Shown: piece after piece, positions 29,310 through 43,299 of the stretch
How positions within the stretch are numbered: the first letter of the stretch is position 1
Layout: every line of letters begins with the position of its first letter
DNA from: Octopus vulgaris
Lineage: Eukaryota
NCBI GenBank assembly: GCA_951406725.2
Contig: OX597821.1
Coordinates: forward strand, 13,640,001 to 13,704,000
Direction: 5' to 3'
Length of the DNA: 64,000 nt
Made by a program: the position numbers and the translations under genes
The notes under the pieces: generated by a model
The model's input: only the letters and a program-made list of their open reading frames with translations
Database searches by the model: none
Told to the model about the DNA's origin: nothing

Positions 29310-29318
<9 letters not shown>
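28964..29318. mobile_element. Fold-back element: ~138-bp inverted arms (28964-29101 / 29181-29318) with hammerhead at the inner junction
   Basis: Arms are clear reverse complements (aaaaggaattccaaccttgtctgattttcacg / cgtgaaaatcagacaaggttggaattcctttt); ends in (TA)n. Confidence 0.9.
29097..29141 (-). ncRNA. Minimal type I hammerhead ribozyme
   Basis: UGAAC CUGAAGA u-UGCA-gaauuuaa-UGCA-u GAAA GUAC UA^ GUUCA; 5-bp helix I; palindromic helix III AGUACU. Confidence 0.85.
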
Positions 29319-29349
<31 letters not shown>

Positions 29350-29816
29350 TATTATGTACGACTATTATGTACGACACATATATGCGTACTCTGTATGGGA
29401 CCAAGTAAAATGACGTTAAAAACAGTTTTCTTCGAAACAAACGCGTTGGAGTGTTGTTCTGAGAATGTTGTAACAGCTGTGCAGACACACTTCCTGGGGC
29501 AGCTGTCAACGAACACTGTTTGAAAAAAATCCCCACTGAGCCGTAAGTCTAATTCGTAAAAGAATATAAATACATCTCATATACATACATACACATAAAG
29601 AGATGATGAATAAAACATCAAGTATGTGGTGTGTATGTATGTGTGTGTGAGTATTAATTTTTGTTTTGAAGTCGTAAATCTTATGTAGGCGTACGAAGTC
29701 GAAATTTCAAAGTCACTGTAAGCGTTTTCATTGTAAAATTTATATATGCCTGTATGTATGTATATGAATATATGTATGTGCACATCTATATCTATTTCTC
29801 GATCTATCTATATCTA

Positions 29817-30030
29817 CGAGGGGCTGTTGAAAGGTTCCTGGCTTCTAGTGTGTTGAGAAAGGCCTGGTTGGAGGCCCACCACACCGAGTTCCATTTACTC
29901 ATAAAAACTGGAAGACTACTGTAATAAGCGTGTGAATCTGAGAGGGGAATATGTTGAATAAAATCATAATTAACTGATCCTCCTGTGTTTTCTTTTACTC
30001 CAAAGCCGATAACTTTTCAGCAGCTCCTTG
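29817..30030. mobile_element. Mariner-like MITE (family of 8901-9117, opposite orientation)
   Basis: TA flanks; TIRs cgaggggctgttgaaaggttcctggctt / aagccgataacttttcagcagctccttg. Confidence 0.75.
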
Positions 30031-30108
30031 TATGTCTATATATATTTGTATAAATAGATAGAGGGGCAGAATAGACAGACAGACAGATAGATATGTAGGT
30101 AGGTCGTT

Positions 30109-30219
<111 letters not shown>

Positions 30220-30236
30220 TATATAGATAGATAATA

Positions 30237-30293
<57 letters not shown>

Positions 30294-30294
<1 letters not shown>

Positions 30295-30492
30295 TTCTTT
30301 ACTACCCACAAGGGGCTAAACACAGAGGGGACAAACAAGGACAGACAAGCGGATTAAGTCGATTACATCGACCCCATTGCGTAACTGATACTTAATTTAT
30401 CGACTCCGAAAGGATGAAAGGCAAAGTCAAACTCGGCGGAATTTTAACCCAGAACCTAACGACAGACGAAATACGGCAACGCATTTCGCCCA
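30294..30492 (-). mobile_element. SINE family A, 5'-truncated, within (GATA)n
   Basis: Family A body and tail. Confidence 0.85.
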
Positions 30493-30506
30493 GATAGATA
30501 GATAGG

Positions 30507-30556
<50 letters not shown>

Positions 30557-30642
30557 CATACATACATACATACATACATACATACATACATACATACATA
30601 CATACATGCATACATACATACATACATACATACATACATACA

Positions 30643-30673
<31 letters not shown>

Positions 30674-32097
30674 GTATCAGAAGTATGTATATAAACATGT
30701 ATTTGTTGTATGTATACCTGAATGTGTTTGTTTGCTTCTGCAAGTTTGTATGAGTATTTTAGAAGGTGAATGCTTGTGACAGTATTCGTATTAATTCGTC
30801 TTTTCTGTACAAAGAAATCAAAACAGATTAAGATTCAAGAAAAAAGAGTTATCATTGAATTCTCCAAATTTCTCCTTCATTGCGGTGGTGTTCTAACATC
30901 TGGTACTTCGTACATTTTGACGGTCTGCTAATCGTTACGTTAGTCTTTCTCTCTGTCGGCCAGTCATTCTGTCTGCTTGTCGGTCTGTCAGTCTGTCTGT
31001 CTGCCTCTCTGTCAGGCGATCATTCTGTCCGTCATTCGAGCGGTCCACCATCCTGTTTGTCCGTCTGCCTATCTGTCTGTCTGTCTATCGGTCTCCCGGT
31101 TCAGGCGTTAGAAAGTCTTCCGCTTACGACATTTGAAGTTAACATTTCACTAGCTGTATCAACTGTCATGCAGGGTGGTTATGGTGGTATTGGTGGTGGT
31201 GGTGGTGGTGGTGGTGGTGGTGGTGGTGGTGGTGGTGGTGGTGGTAGCTGATAAGGGTGAAGGGTGGATTGTGCGATAGAAAGTGGATCTTACTGTCACA
31301 GTTACGGCAGTGGTGGTTGGTGGTGGTGGTGGGGTAATGCTACATTCGGAACGATCACGAGGAAGATGACATTCACTCCGACGTCGAGGACGATGGTGAC
31401 GAGGGTAATGATGACAATGACGACGACGACGACCACCACCACCACCACGATGGTGATAATTATGATTCTTGCTGTCATTGTCATACTCCTTCTTTGGCCT
31501 GGTGTTGCTTTGTTAAAGATGCAAGGAAAAGGTGGTGGAAGAGGAGGAAAGGAGAAGAAGGAGAGGTAGAAAGAGGAGAAGGAAGAGGAGAAAAAAAGAT
31601 GGAAGAAAAAGTGGAGAAGAAGAAGGAAAAAGAGGAGGAGCAAGAAGAGGAGGAAAATGAGGACAAAGATAAAAATGAGTAGGAGTAGTACTAGGAAGAA
31701 GAAGAAGAGGAGGAGGAAGAAGAAGGCGAAGAAGAAGAAGAAGAAGAAGAAGAAGAAGAAGAAGAAGAAGAGGAGGAAGAAGAAGAGGAGGAAGAGGAGG
31801 AGGAGGAAGAAGAAGAGGAGGAAGAGGAGGAGGAGGAAGAAGAAGAGGAGGAAGAGGAGGAGGAGGAAGAGGAAGGGGAGGAGAGGCGAGGGTGAGATGA
31901 GGGGAGGGGGAAGGTGAAAGGGGAAGAGAAGAAAGCGGTGGTAGTTAAGAAGAAGGAAGAGTTGTTTTCTTGCAAAATCAGAATAATAATAGAAAGAAAG
32001 TGCGCATGCGCATTCTCACACAGCATTACAGAAATCGTATTAGGAGAAAGAATCTGGAAAGTTTTCAGCATGAGAAACTTATGTTAACATATGTACG

Positions 32098-32725
32098 TAA
32101 GGCGGCGAGCTGGCAGCAGATTCGTTAGCATGCCGAACAAAATGATTCATGACGTTTTGTCCGCCTTTACGTTCTGAGTTCAAATTCCGCCGCGGATGAC
32201 CTTGCCTTTCATTCTTTCGGGATCGATAAGTACCAGTGGCGTACTGGAGTCGATGTAATCGACTGGCTCTTTCCTCCAAAATTTCGGGCCTAGAGTAGAA
32301 AAGAATATATGTATGTAAGGCGGGAAGCTGGCAGATTCGTTAGCACGTCGAGCAAAATGTTTCCTGACGTTTTGTCAGCCTTTACGTTCTGAGTTCAAAT
32401 TCCGCCGAGGTCGACTTTGCCTTTGATCCTTTCGGGGATCAATGAAATAAATACCTATTTCTTTATTACCCACAGGGGCTAAACACAGAGGGGACAAACA
32501 AAGACAGACATGGGTATTAAGTCGATTACATCGACCCCAGTGCGTAACTGGTACTTAATTTATCGACCCCGAAAGGATGAAAGGCAAAGTCGACCTCGGC
32601 GGAATTCGAACTCACAACGTAACGCAGACGAAATACCGCTAAGCATTTCGCCCGGCGTGCTAACGTTTCTGCCAGCTCGCCGCCTTAATGAAATAAATAC
32701 CAGTGATAAACTGGGGTCGATGTAA
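32098..32725. mobile_element. Cluster of family A SINEs; a minus copy (32456-32686) is nested in a plus copy
   Basis: 15-bp TSD aatgaaataaatacc at 32441-32455 and 32687-32701. Confidence 0.9.
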
Positions 32726-33341
32726 TAGTATGTGCTAAACTCGATAAATATATATATATATATATAATTTTTTTTAATGTGTTTAAAATGCTTTTGAATT
32801 TTCTCTCGCGTAAATTCTGTTTCTTAGAAAATTTATGATCACGCTGTACATCCCTGGGCGCTATATGTACATCGCTGTACATATAGCACCCTCTTGATAT
32901 TTGCCACTACCTGTGAGCTTATAACGCCCCTGCAAAAAACGTGAGCAAGTGTCTACTACTAAAGCCATGCCTCTCAAACATTTTTAACAGTCGCTCTTTT
33001 TCTTGTATTACAATTTTTTTTTACAACGCCTCCTTGCTATGATTCAATAAAAGTTAATGCAATGCAAATAAACTGCTGCATGATGTAACAAGTAATGATC
33101 CAACATGTTAATTCTAAAATTAGATTTGTAGTCATAACTTTTCTTTTTCTTATATTTGCATAGTCATTCATTGCTTTAAAAGTTCGTCATCTGTTATTTT
33201 TTTCTTTACTAAATTCCTTCTATAAAATTCCAAGCCATGTGCTACTATAGAAAAAATGATTATCATTACTATGACAGCGAGCTGGCAGAATCGTTATTAC
33301 ACCGGATCAAAATGTTTAACGGATTTGCTTCGGTAAAAATT

Positions 33342-33595
33342 CGTCGCCCTTTTCAAACCTAGCTAGGCTCATGGGCCCGGTTTCCCGGCTTCTGTGGCGT
33401 ATGTGTTCTCCCCAGCTGGACGGGACGCCAGTCCATCGTAGCATTACTCAAGAAACAGGAAGAGAGAGTGAGAGAAAATTGTGGCGAAAGAGTACAACAG
33501 GGGTCGCCACCACCCCCTGCCGAAGCCTCGTGGAGCTTTTAGGTGTTTTTGCTCAATAAACAATCACAACACCCGGTCTGGGAATCGAAACCGTG
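33342..33595 (-). mobile_element. SINE family C, short-tail form
   Basis: Reverse complement of 2570-2820. Confidence 0.85.
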
Positions 33596-33614
33596 ATTTA
33601 TTGCAAGAAAAATC

Positions 33615-33742
33615 TTGTTGCTTACGAACTACATGGTTCCGGGTTCAGTCCCTCTGCGTGGTACTTTGGGCAAGTCTCTACTAAAGCCTCGGGCCAACCA
33701 AAGCCTTGTGAATGATTTGGTAGACGTATGTATCTATCTATC

Positions 33743-33781
<39 letters not shown>

Positions 33782-34010
33782 ACGTGTGTGTATATGTTTG
33801 TGTGTCTGCGTTTGTCCTCCCAACATCGCTTGACAACCGATGCTGGTGTGTTTACGTCCCCGTAACTTAGCGGTTCGGCAAAAGAGACCGATTAGAATAA
33901 GTACTAGGCTTACAAAGAATAAGTCCTGGGGGTCGATGCGCTCGACTAAAGACTGTGCTCCAGCATGGCTACAGTCAAATTACTGAAACAAGTAAAAGAG
34001 TAAAAGAGTA
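33615..34010 (+). mobile_element. SINE family B
   Basis: Family B body with (gtaaaaga)n tail. Confidence 0.88.
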
Positions 34011-35044
34011 AACGGTTTACATAAGTTCAGCCCACGCAAGTCAACGTACGATTTTGTAGGATCTGAGGAAACAAATAATAAATTGGAAATTCATGATAGT
34101 ATTTTAGGAGTCCATGAAAAAGTGTTGCTTTAGATGTATTTAATGCAAAAAAACAAGTTTCTTTCTCTAATAGTTTATATAGTTTAACATGTTTCTACTC
34201 ACTAAAACATATTCTTTCACAGAGTGCTATTGCAAGCATACATAGTAAGTGTATGAGTGAAAAGCAACGTAAGAATTTTGAAAGAAGCATCTCTAAGACT
34301 AGTTTTTAAACATCAAGTGACTATTGTGGTCCGCCAGAATAAAATGGTAATTAAAGGGGGCCATAGATAACAAATGGTTGAGAACAACTGATTTGATAGA
34401 AGACAAAGCTAAGAGGTCGACCGACTATATGATATATGAGATTCCCCGTCGCTTCAGTAGAAGTCTATTTCCTAGGCATATTAGTGAGTAGGTGGACACA
34501 CTATGAATGTGTAAGTGAATTAACTAAACATAATTATAGTGGACATGAATCACTGTCTACATGTAGCTGGAGGACATGATGTTATCTAACAGACAGGGCT
34601 CAATGTGTAAGCGTATTAACTGGACGTGACGATGTCTTCTAGACATGGCTCGTTTGTATAAGATTACTAGTTCAGATTATATCCTTTTAGGTAGAAAGAA
34701 ATTTGGGAACGTGTCATCTGAGTAATATCACTGAATATCGACGTCATGTGTTCGATGAAAATGTCTAAAACCTAATTATTATCATCATCATAATCATCAT
34801 AATTTTCATCATCATCATCGTCATCAACTGCAGCAAAACGATAGTAACATCGACATTATCATAATCATTCTCCTTATTCCGGCAAAATTGGTCGGAAGGC
34901 GCAAAAATACTTTACGTTATTTACTTCTGATCCCTCATGTTCTCAGTTCAAATCTTGCCTGTCGACGTCGTCTTTTCCTTTCATGTACTAGTTATGTAAT
35001 GAAGTCGATTTAATGTCCCAAATATCATTCTGGTAACCATACTA

Positions 35045-35609
35045 TTGGGTTGTCCAGAAAGTTCGTGCCGATTTATAGTATCTTACCTTTCGACTTATTT
35101 TAGAACATGGTTGAGTCCATAAATAGTATTTGACTACACCTCCATTTATAGCACAGTTTAAGCTATCTTTTCGTGGAAGAAGGTTTATGTTCCTATAACC
35201 TGTGCTAATTCTGTAACCCTTCAAAATGGAAGATAAGAAAGTTCATTTTCAGCCCTTGATGCTTTGGGAACTAGACAAAAATTCCTGCAGCTCGGCTGGG
35301 ATGTGTTACCCCACCCTTCATATTCACCAGATATTGCTCCTTTGGATTTCCACTTATTCAGGTCTCTGCAGAATAGTCTTAATTGTAAAAATTTCAATTC
35401 CTTGGATGACGTAAAAAGAAACCTTGATGAATTATTTGCCCTGAAACCATCTCAATTCTGGAAAGAGGGTATTTTCAAGTTAAAGGAAAGATGGAGACGC
35501 ATTGTGCAACAAAATCGTTCATATTTGGTTGATTAAAAATGTAATGGCAAGTATTTATTGACCTTTTCCTTTCCTTTAAAAATCGGCACGAACTTTCCGG
35601 ACAACCCAA
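35045..35609 (+). mobile_element. Internally deleted mariner transposon
   Basis: TA TSD; TIRs ttgggttgtccagaaagttcgtgccgattt / aaatcggcacgaactttccggacaacccaa; LGWDVLPHPSYSPDIAPLDFHLFRSLQNSL motif. Confidence 0.95.
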
Positions 35610-35621
35610 TAAAAGCAGTTG

Positions 35622-36245
35622 TAAGGCGGAATCGTTAGCGCGTCGGACAGAATACTTAATTGCATCTTTCCGTCTCTTTATGTTCCGAATTCAAATCCCA
35701 CGGAGGTCAACTTTGCTTTCATCCTTTCGGGACCGATCAAATAAAATAGTAGTCAAGCAGTAGGGTGGATCGTATCGAATAATCCCTCCCCTCAAAACTG
35801 ATAGCCTAAAAACTAATTTAGAAATGGATCGGCAGAACCGTTAGAGTGTCAGAAGACTCTTGTGGCGTTTCTTCCAGCTCTTTACTTTTGGGGTTCAGAT
35901 TCTAGGAAAAAAATCAATAAAATAAAGTACCAGTCAAGTACTAGGGTCAAGGGTGTCAACTAACTCCATTCCCTAGAATTGCTGGTCTTTACCTAAATTA
36001 GAAAAACAAAACTACTATTAATTTTTTGAAAATGGCAGAATCACTCATCAGAACAAAAAAAAACAAATACCCAATAGTATTTCGTTAAGTCCCTTACGTT
36101 CTGAGTTCGAATCCTGCTTGAATCCCGTTTATATTTTATCTTTTTGGCATCAAGGTGATAAATTCCAGTCGAATACCGAAATCATTCTAATCAATAATAC
36201 ATCTCTTCGCCTCAAAATATCCGACTTTATGTGTAGACTTTAGAA
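35622..36245 (+). mobile_element. Three old, diverged family A-like SINEs in tandem
   Basis: Repeated ggcagaatc...gttc.aat...taccagtc motifs. Confidence 0.6.
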
Positions 36246-36270
36246 ATCACCACTACCAACAACAACAGCG

Positions 36271-36330
<60 letters not shown>

Positions 36331-36842
36331 ATGGTGGTGGTGGTGGTAGTAGAAGTAGTAGTAGTAGTAGTAGTTATATTACCGTTACCTCATAGATTTG
36401 TAGACCGGACGTTCGTTTCCTATTTTAGAAAGCAAACACATATACTTACATACACACACACAGAGACTTACACACATACATGAACACGCACAACAGCTTA
36501 GTTTAAAATATTTACCAAGTGCGCGCGCGCGCGTGTGTGTAAGTGTATCGACGGTGAAGAGTATAACCTCTTCAATTTGTCTAGATTTTCTTGCTTCTCT
36601 CGGTTGAACAAACATACGGACTTAAATATGGTTGTCAATGGAAATTTCAACAAATATTGGACATTTGAAAAAGACGACTAAGAAAGATTAAAATACATTC
36701 ACAGAGAAAGAGGGAGAGAAAGGGGGGAGGAAGGAGAGTGACTGATAGATACACAGACAGGCAGACAACAGATAGATAGATAGATACATACATACATACA
36801 TACATGCATACATATTTACGTACACACATGTGTGTGTGTGTC

Positions 36843-36879
<37 letters not shown>

Positions 36880-36912
36880 CCAAGAAAAAAGCAACAAGAA
36901 TGGATTAGTAGT

Positions 36913-37001
36913 TTTAGTACAATTGTTTCATACTAAGAGCAATTTTATTTGAAGCTGCAAATATTGCAGCAAATACAAATGTCCAGTTTTCATCAGCTAA
37001 A
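36913..37001 (-). ncRNA. Type I hammerhead ribozyme with extended helix II
   Basis: UUUAG CUGAUGA [~60-nt hairpin containing uauuug-cugcaa-uau-uugcag-cuu-caaaua] GAAA CAAUUG UA^ CUAAA; palindromic ACAAUUGU. Confidence 0.8.
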
Positions 37002-37316
37002 TCACATATATGTTTTCCAGACATCCTAGAGGGTTTGATTATCCTCATGAAGTATTAGGAGTGAGTTCTATGAAATTTACAGTATATATATGTATGTATG
37101 TATGTATTATAGTGGGGTAGGACGGTTTATATGGTTACTCTAAGTTTCTCGCTTATAACAGGTTTTAGCCTTACGACATATCTTCGAACTCCAAACGCTG
37201 CTAGCCTGAGATTTCTTTGTGTGTGCGTGTGTCTATGTGCACAAATACACGCAAGCATATATAGACATATAGACAGCCTCAAGGGTGAAACATATAAAAG
37301 AATAAGAGAATATACA

Positions 37317-37682
37317 TCTATTATATAAAATCCATTATGTCTGTCTGTCTGTGTGTCTTCTAGGATCTCGTGCATCCTCCATCCGATTGCGCTCAAATTT
37401 GATATGTATATACCGACGGTATCAGGGCGTGTATAAGTCTTGAAAAATTACAAAAATCGATTCCAGGTGAGAATGCGATCGATAAAGCCGAATAAAATCG
37501 TTTTTCTTTAGAATAGAAAAAGTCTATTTTTATTTCTTCTTTTCCTGGTGTCTCAAATTTAGGTTAAATCAGTGTTTCTCAAAGGAGAGGCCTATGGGTC
37601 GGTCGGACAAGTTGTTTTGAGAAAATTTGGTTTAAATGTTTGACAACTTAGCACCGTCCATTGAACGGGGGCGTTTTGCTCG
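37317..37682 (+). mobile_element. Non-autonomous Helitron-like element
   Basis: A|TCtattatataaaa 5' end; tgtctgtctg and ccgattgcgctcaaatttg motifs; 3' hairpin ccgtccattgaacgg followed by CTCG|T. Confidence 0.6.
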
Positions 37683-37784
37683 TACATATATATGTATGTA
37701 TATATGTATGTATATATGTATGTATATATGTATGTATGTATGTATATATATATATACATGTACATATATATATATATATATACA

Positions 37785-37934
<150 letters not shown>

Positions 37935-38380
37935 AACTTAGATATGTTTCGACCAAAGATTGGTCCAGGCCATGTCTAACTTAATAGCACCACCATATAT
38001 ATATACATATATGTTTGCGTGCATTTGTGCACGAAGACACACGCACGCATATATATGGGCACGCATACACACACAGATGCATATGAAGAACTGAGTGTTC
38101 GTGTGAATGTGTGCATATATATTTGTATGTTTGTATGCATGACTACGTGTGTGTGCGCGCATATGTGTGTGTGTGTGTAAGAGATTTGGTGAGAGATAAA
38201 GATAAAAATGTGCAAACCCTCGTTTGTATATTTGACATTTTTCAAGCACATGTGCAATCCATATACAGCCTTACATACCAAAAATACATCGACACATACA
38301 TAAGAACATACATACACATATACACACAAATATATACAAACATATGGATATATATGTGTGTGTATGTGTGTGTGTGTGTT

Positions 38381-38451
<71 letters not shown>

Positions 38452-38989
38452 TCCAAAGATATATCAATTACCAGACAAATACTGAGACTGATCTAATCGA
38501 CTGTGCATATGTCCTCTCCTCAAAATAGCTGGCCTTATGTCTCTAGGTTAGAAATAACAACACTACTACTACTACTACCAGATGGTTTTGCTGTAGTAGT
38601 AGTAGTAGTAGTAGTAGTTGTCGTTGTCATTGTCGTCGTTGTTGTTGTTGTTGTTGTTGTAGTAGTAGTAGCAGTAATGGTGGTGGTGGTGGTGGTGGTA
38701 GTTGTAGTTTGTGTTGTTTTCGTTTTTCACTTTCAAACCTTTGTCCTTTCTGTGATATTTTTTGTTCAATATATGTATGCTGGTGTATTACGCGCATGCG
38801 CGCACGCACACATACACACACATTCACGTCTACCTATGTACGTACGCAAACATGCATAAACTCAGCTTCATACAAACATTCAAATATATATACATTCATA
38901 CATATATATATATATATACATACATACATTATATATATATATATACACACACATGTATGCGTGTATGTATCGGTGGATGTGGGCGTATA

Positions 38990-39025
<36 letters not shown>

Positions 39026-39339
39026 CTTGCATCACAATTTCCGAAATGAAACGGCCAGTAATACGAGGAAGAATTCGAACTCTGAACGCAATGAACCAGA
39101 ACACAAATTTATTGCAATCTATCTCATCTAACAATCCCGCCGATCTTCATCCCAATCCCTCACTCCTCATATGTCAAACTCCTTGGAGGATGAAAGGCAA
39201 AACAGATCTCGGGGAGATACCGGTTGAACCTCAGTGTTCTGAGCTCAGAGCTCAGTGTAGGCGGAACAATTACCAGAAGTGATGCTATTTTCCTATTACC
39301 TCAACCAATTCGCTACTACTGAAAATTCAATAATATTTT

Positions 39340-39980
39340 TTTTTTAAATATAGGCATAAGGCCTGAGATTTGGGGAGAGAGAGCTAGTCGATAACATACA
39401 CCTCCTTATTTCTTTACCACCCACAGAGGGCTGAACATAGAGGGTACAGACAAAGAGATTAAGTCGATTACATCGACGCCAGTGCGTAACTGGTACTTAT
39501 TTAATCGACTCCGAAAGTGTGAAAGGCAAAGTCGACCTCGGCGGAATTTGAACTTCGTCAGAACGTAACGGCAGACGAAATACCTATTTCTTTACTACTC
39601 ACAAGGGGCTAAACATAGGACAGACAAACAAGGACAGACAAACGGATTAAGTCGATTATATCGATCCCAGTGCGTAACTGGTACTTATTTAATCGACCCC
39701 GAAAGGATGAAAGGCAAAGTCGACCTCGGCGGAGTTTGAACTCAGAACGTAACGGCAGACGAAATACAGCTGAGCATTTCGCCTGGCGTGCTAACGATTC
39801 TGCCAGCTCGCCGCCCTATAACATAGACTTCCTGTGCTCAACTGGTACTTATTTCATCGACCCCAAAATCATGAACGGCAAAATCGACCTTGGCAGAATT
39901 TCGACTTAGAACATGAAGGTGGACGAAATATTGCTAAACATTTTGTCCGGCGCGCTAACAATTCTACCAGCTCTCCACTG
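39340..39980 (-). mobile_element. Family A SINE dimer (39405-39816) within an older family A copy
   Basis: Repeated bodies; junction gcagacgaaatac|ctatttcttt. Confidence 0.85.
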
Positions 39981-40252
39981 TGGTACTGAAAAATTCATTA
40001 ATACTGAAATTTTTTTAGTTTTTCAGCCTTATGAGTTTGCTCGTTAAGTGAAACTATTTCTGGTCTTAAGTTACCGATACCTTATCTGACACTATTTTCG
40101 CAGAAGTGGTAGTATCCTCTAACTAATTAGTTTACACTAATTGAAAGTAAATATTTACTATATATATATATATATATGGGGGTGGGGGCGTATGCATGTG
40201 TGTGTGTGTGTGAGTGAGAGAGAGAGAGTGTGTGTGTGAGTGAGAGAGAGAG

Positions 40253-40292
<40 letters not shown>

Positions 40293-40869
40293 TAAAATAA
40301 GTCGACTGTAAGCTATAATTAGTAAAGTATTAGTACTGAACTAGAGGACTTAGTTAAATTGTCCTTCAGTTGTACAGAAAGATACATAAACATCAACAGA
40401 TAGCAAGAGAAAGAGTAGAAATATTGTGTGTGTGTGTGTGTGTGTGCGCGTGCGCGCGTGTGATTGTGTGTGCGTGCGCGGCCATGTTATATAATTATGT
40501 TTATTTCGTGCGTACTGAACGTGAGTACTGCCTCCAACTAAATGTAAAATAAGTATGTTTGTGTATATTTATGTATGTGTATGTATATGTGCGTGTGTGT
40601 GTGAGAGAGGGCGAGAGCACCACCTCGGATTTAATGTCATTTATATACGTATATATTCTAATATGCATGTTTATACACGCGTATATATATGTGTATATGT
40701 ATATATGTGTATATGTGTATATGTGTATATGGATATGTATATGTATATATATGTGTGTGTATGTGTGCGTGCGTGTGTGTATATGTATACGTGTATACAC
40801 ACACACACACACATACACACAAGGCATTTAGTCAGAGATGGGTTACTCATATAAGTATTTACGTGAGGT

Positions 40870-41657
40870 AAATTCCCACTTAAACAAAAATCAGATCAAA
40901 TGTTACCAAACTAGAGAAATCTGCACTTAAACATCTCCAAAACGCTGATACAATAATCATCAAACAAACGGATAATTTGGAACTATTGTCATAATGGATC
41001 TGAATATTATCGGTTTTAGCTGAAGATCGGTTGAAGGATGCAAACCATGTACAATAAAATACTTACAAATATAGATCAACGCATTATGATGCGGCTCGGT
41101 AATGTAGTTTCAAAAGGGTATAACTTTGTTGACACTAATGGAAGTGATCGCATTACCAATTCTGAACGAAAATCCAGTAACTTTTATGGCTCACTAAAAA
41201 TACACGTCAAAGGATTAGAAAATGCAGTGAAGGAACAAAGCGGTGAATACATGAAATTACAGCAACCAAAGGATATGAAACCTAGACCTTTCAAAGCTGG
41301 TGCGGTATATCTTACCATAGCCTTGGCAATTTTGTTGACATCATATTTGCATACCAAGTTCCATTCTGGGTGACATTGATTTCCTCTCTTGTCTATCTAA
41401 AACAACTGCACCGAATAGTTGATGGATAGTTTGAATGAGGTACGCTTGTTGACAAATATTCAACATGATTTAGGAATAACAGCAATAAAATAGTGCGTCA
41501 AAAATGATAGAGAAGTTATTCCCACTAGATTTACTATAACTTTTATATTAAACACTGTCAACCCTATTCTTGAGATTAACATGCTTTTTCCCAAAAAAAT
41601 CAACTACAAATTAAAGGCAAAGCAAGGGGAACCAAGTTAGCTCCAGTTCACGCCAGC
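40870..41657 (+). mobile_element. Penelope-like element reverse transcriptase relic
   Basis: Frameshifted motifs EKSALKHLQNADTIIIKQTD...IVIMD; FYGSLKIH; PRP..AG; LLTNIQHDLG; [13 protein letters not shown], matching PLE IKxADKG / FYGLPKIHK / SLYTNIP / QxxGxAMGxxxAP. Confidence 0.85.
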
Positions 41658-41737
41658 TCATTCAAAGATACGTACACGCACATTTAGACAAACACACACA
41701 TACGCACAGCACACACACATATGTATGCATATATATG

Positions 41738-41781
<44 letters not shown>

Positions 41782-41955
41782 CATATATACATATGTGTAT
41801 ATGTATGTATATATATATACACGTATATATATATATATATATAAGAGAGAGAGAGAGAGAGAAAGAGAGGGAGAGATAGATAGGTAGATAGATAGATACG
41901 TATGTAAACACATATATACATATATGTGCATGTATATGAATATGTGTATATATAT

Positions 41956-41997
<42 letters not shown>

Positions 41998-42841
41998 ATA
42001 TATATATATATATACACCCACACACACATACATGTGTGTGCGCGCTCGTGTGAATTTCAAAAATAATCTAGATCAGATTGAAGGGATTCTATAAATTTTT
42101 AACCTTATGTCTGTAGTAGAAAGGATTAAGTTTTCTTTTTACTGTCTTTTGCTAAAAACATCGCCTTTTATATTATTTGTAAGTTTTATCCTATATTTTA
42201 TTGTTTGGAACAATTTTGATATATAATATAGGAAAGAAATACTACAGCAGCATGGCTATGGCATATCTTACTTAACAGGTTGGTCTATTAGAAAGTTGCG
42301 TTGACTATGTATGCTGTGTGTTTTCAATCACTTTAAAACGGTCGTGGGCAAACCGCTGCCCGCAGAATTTTCTGAATGGCACGCCTAGTGGAAAATTACC
42401 TTGAATTTTTGGTGGTGCGGCTCACCAGATAATCAGTCATGTCCCCTACGGTCCACTTTTCGAAAAAGATTGCCCATGCCTGCTCTAAGAAATATATGAT
42501 TAATCTAATTACAAAATGAGGAATTGATATAGCTAAACATTTTGTGTACCGATTCCATAGACATGATTAATATTCCATCAGCGGTAACTATAATGTTTCA
42601 AAATGCACCAATTCGCCTTCACAGTCCTGTTGAATGTAGTAGATGTCATAGGCCGTAAGAGCAGATGTGATAAACGACTTCTACATGACTGGGTTACAGA
42701 TGTTATGAGTTATTGCTTTCTGGGAGTAATTATCTTTCATCAAGTCAGGTCAAGCAATTAGGCTTACACTTATCATGTTTATATTTTATAAAAGAAATAT
42801 CGATCGCTTAATTTAATTGAATAACAACAAAGCTGTGGCTG

Positions 42842-42889
<48 letters not shown>

Positions 42890-43299
42890 AAACATATACG
42901 CACACACATACACACACACTCACGTCTGCGCATAGTTGTGTCGTTTCAAGTTTGCTTTGCTGCCATAGGGTTCTGGCTTCTAGCCGACAAGTGTGGCATT
43001 TTGGGCATGTGACATGCTGGTATCAATATTGGGTGAATAGAATTTGGTAAATGGAAATTATACAGAAAACGGGGGAATATTTTAGCTAACGGGTAAAAAG
43101 ATTCTCTGTGGTCGCTAGAGCTGCACTGAAATAGCAGCCAATTCTTCTTCAAATCTTACTCTACCGTCGTAAATAAGTAAAGGACATATTAGACAGTGTA
43201 GTTCACCTATAGGTCCTTAAATGCCGACAGGATGGCCGCGGCTGGAATGCTTTTGATCATTGTTCTGCTTTATCTGAGTTGATCAGGTGTTAGATATTA

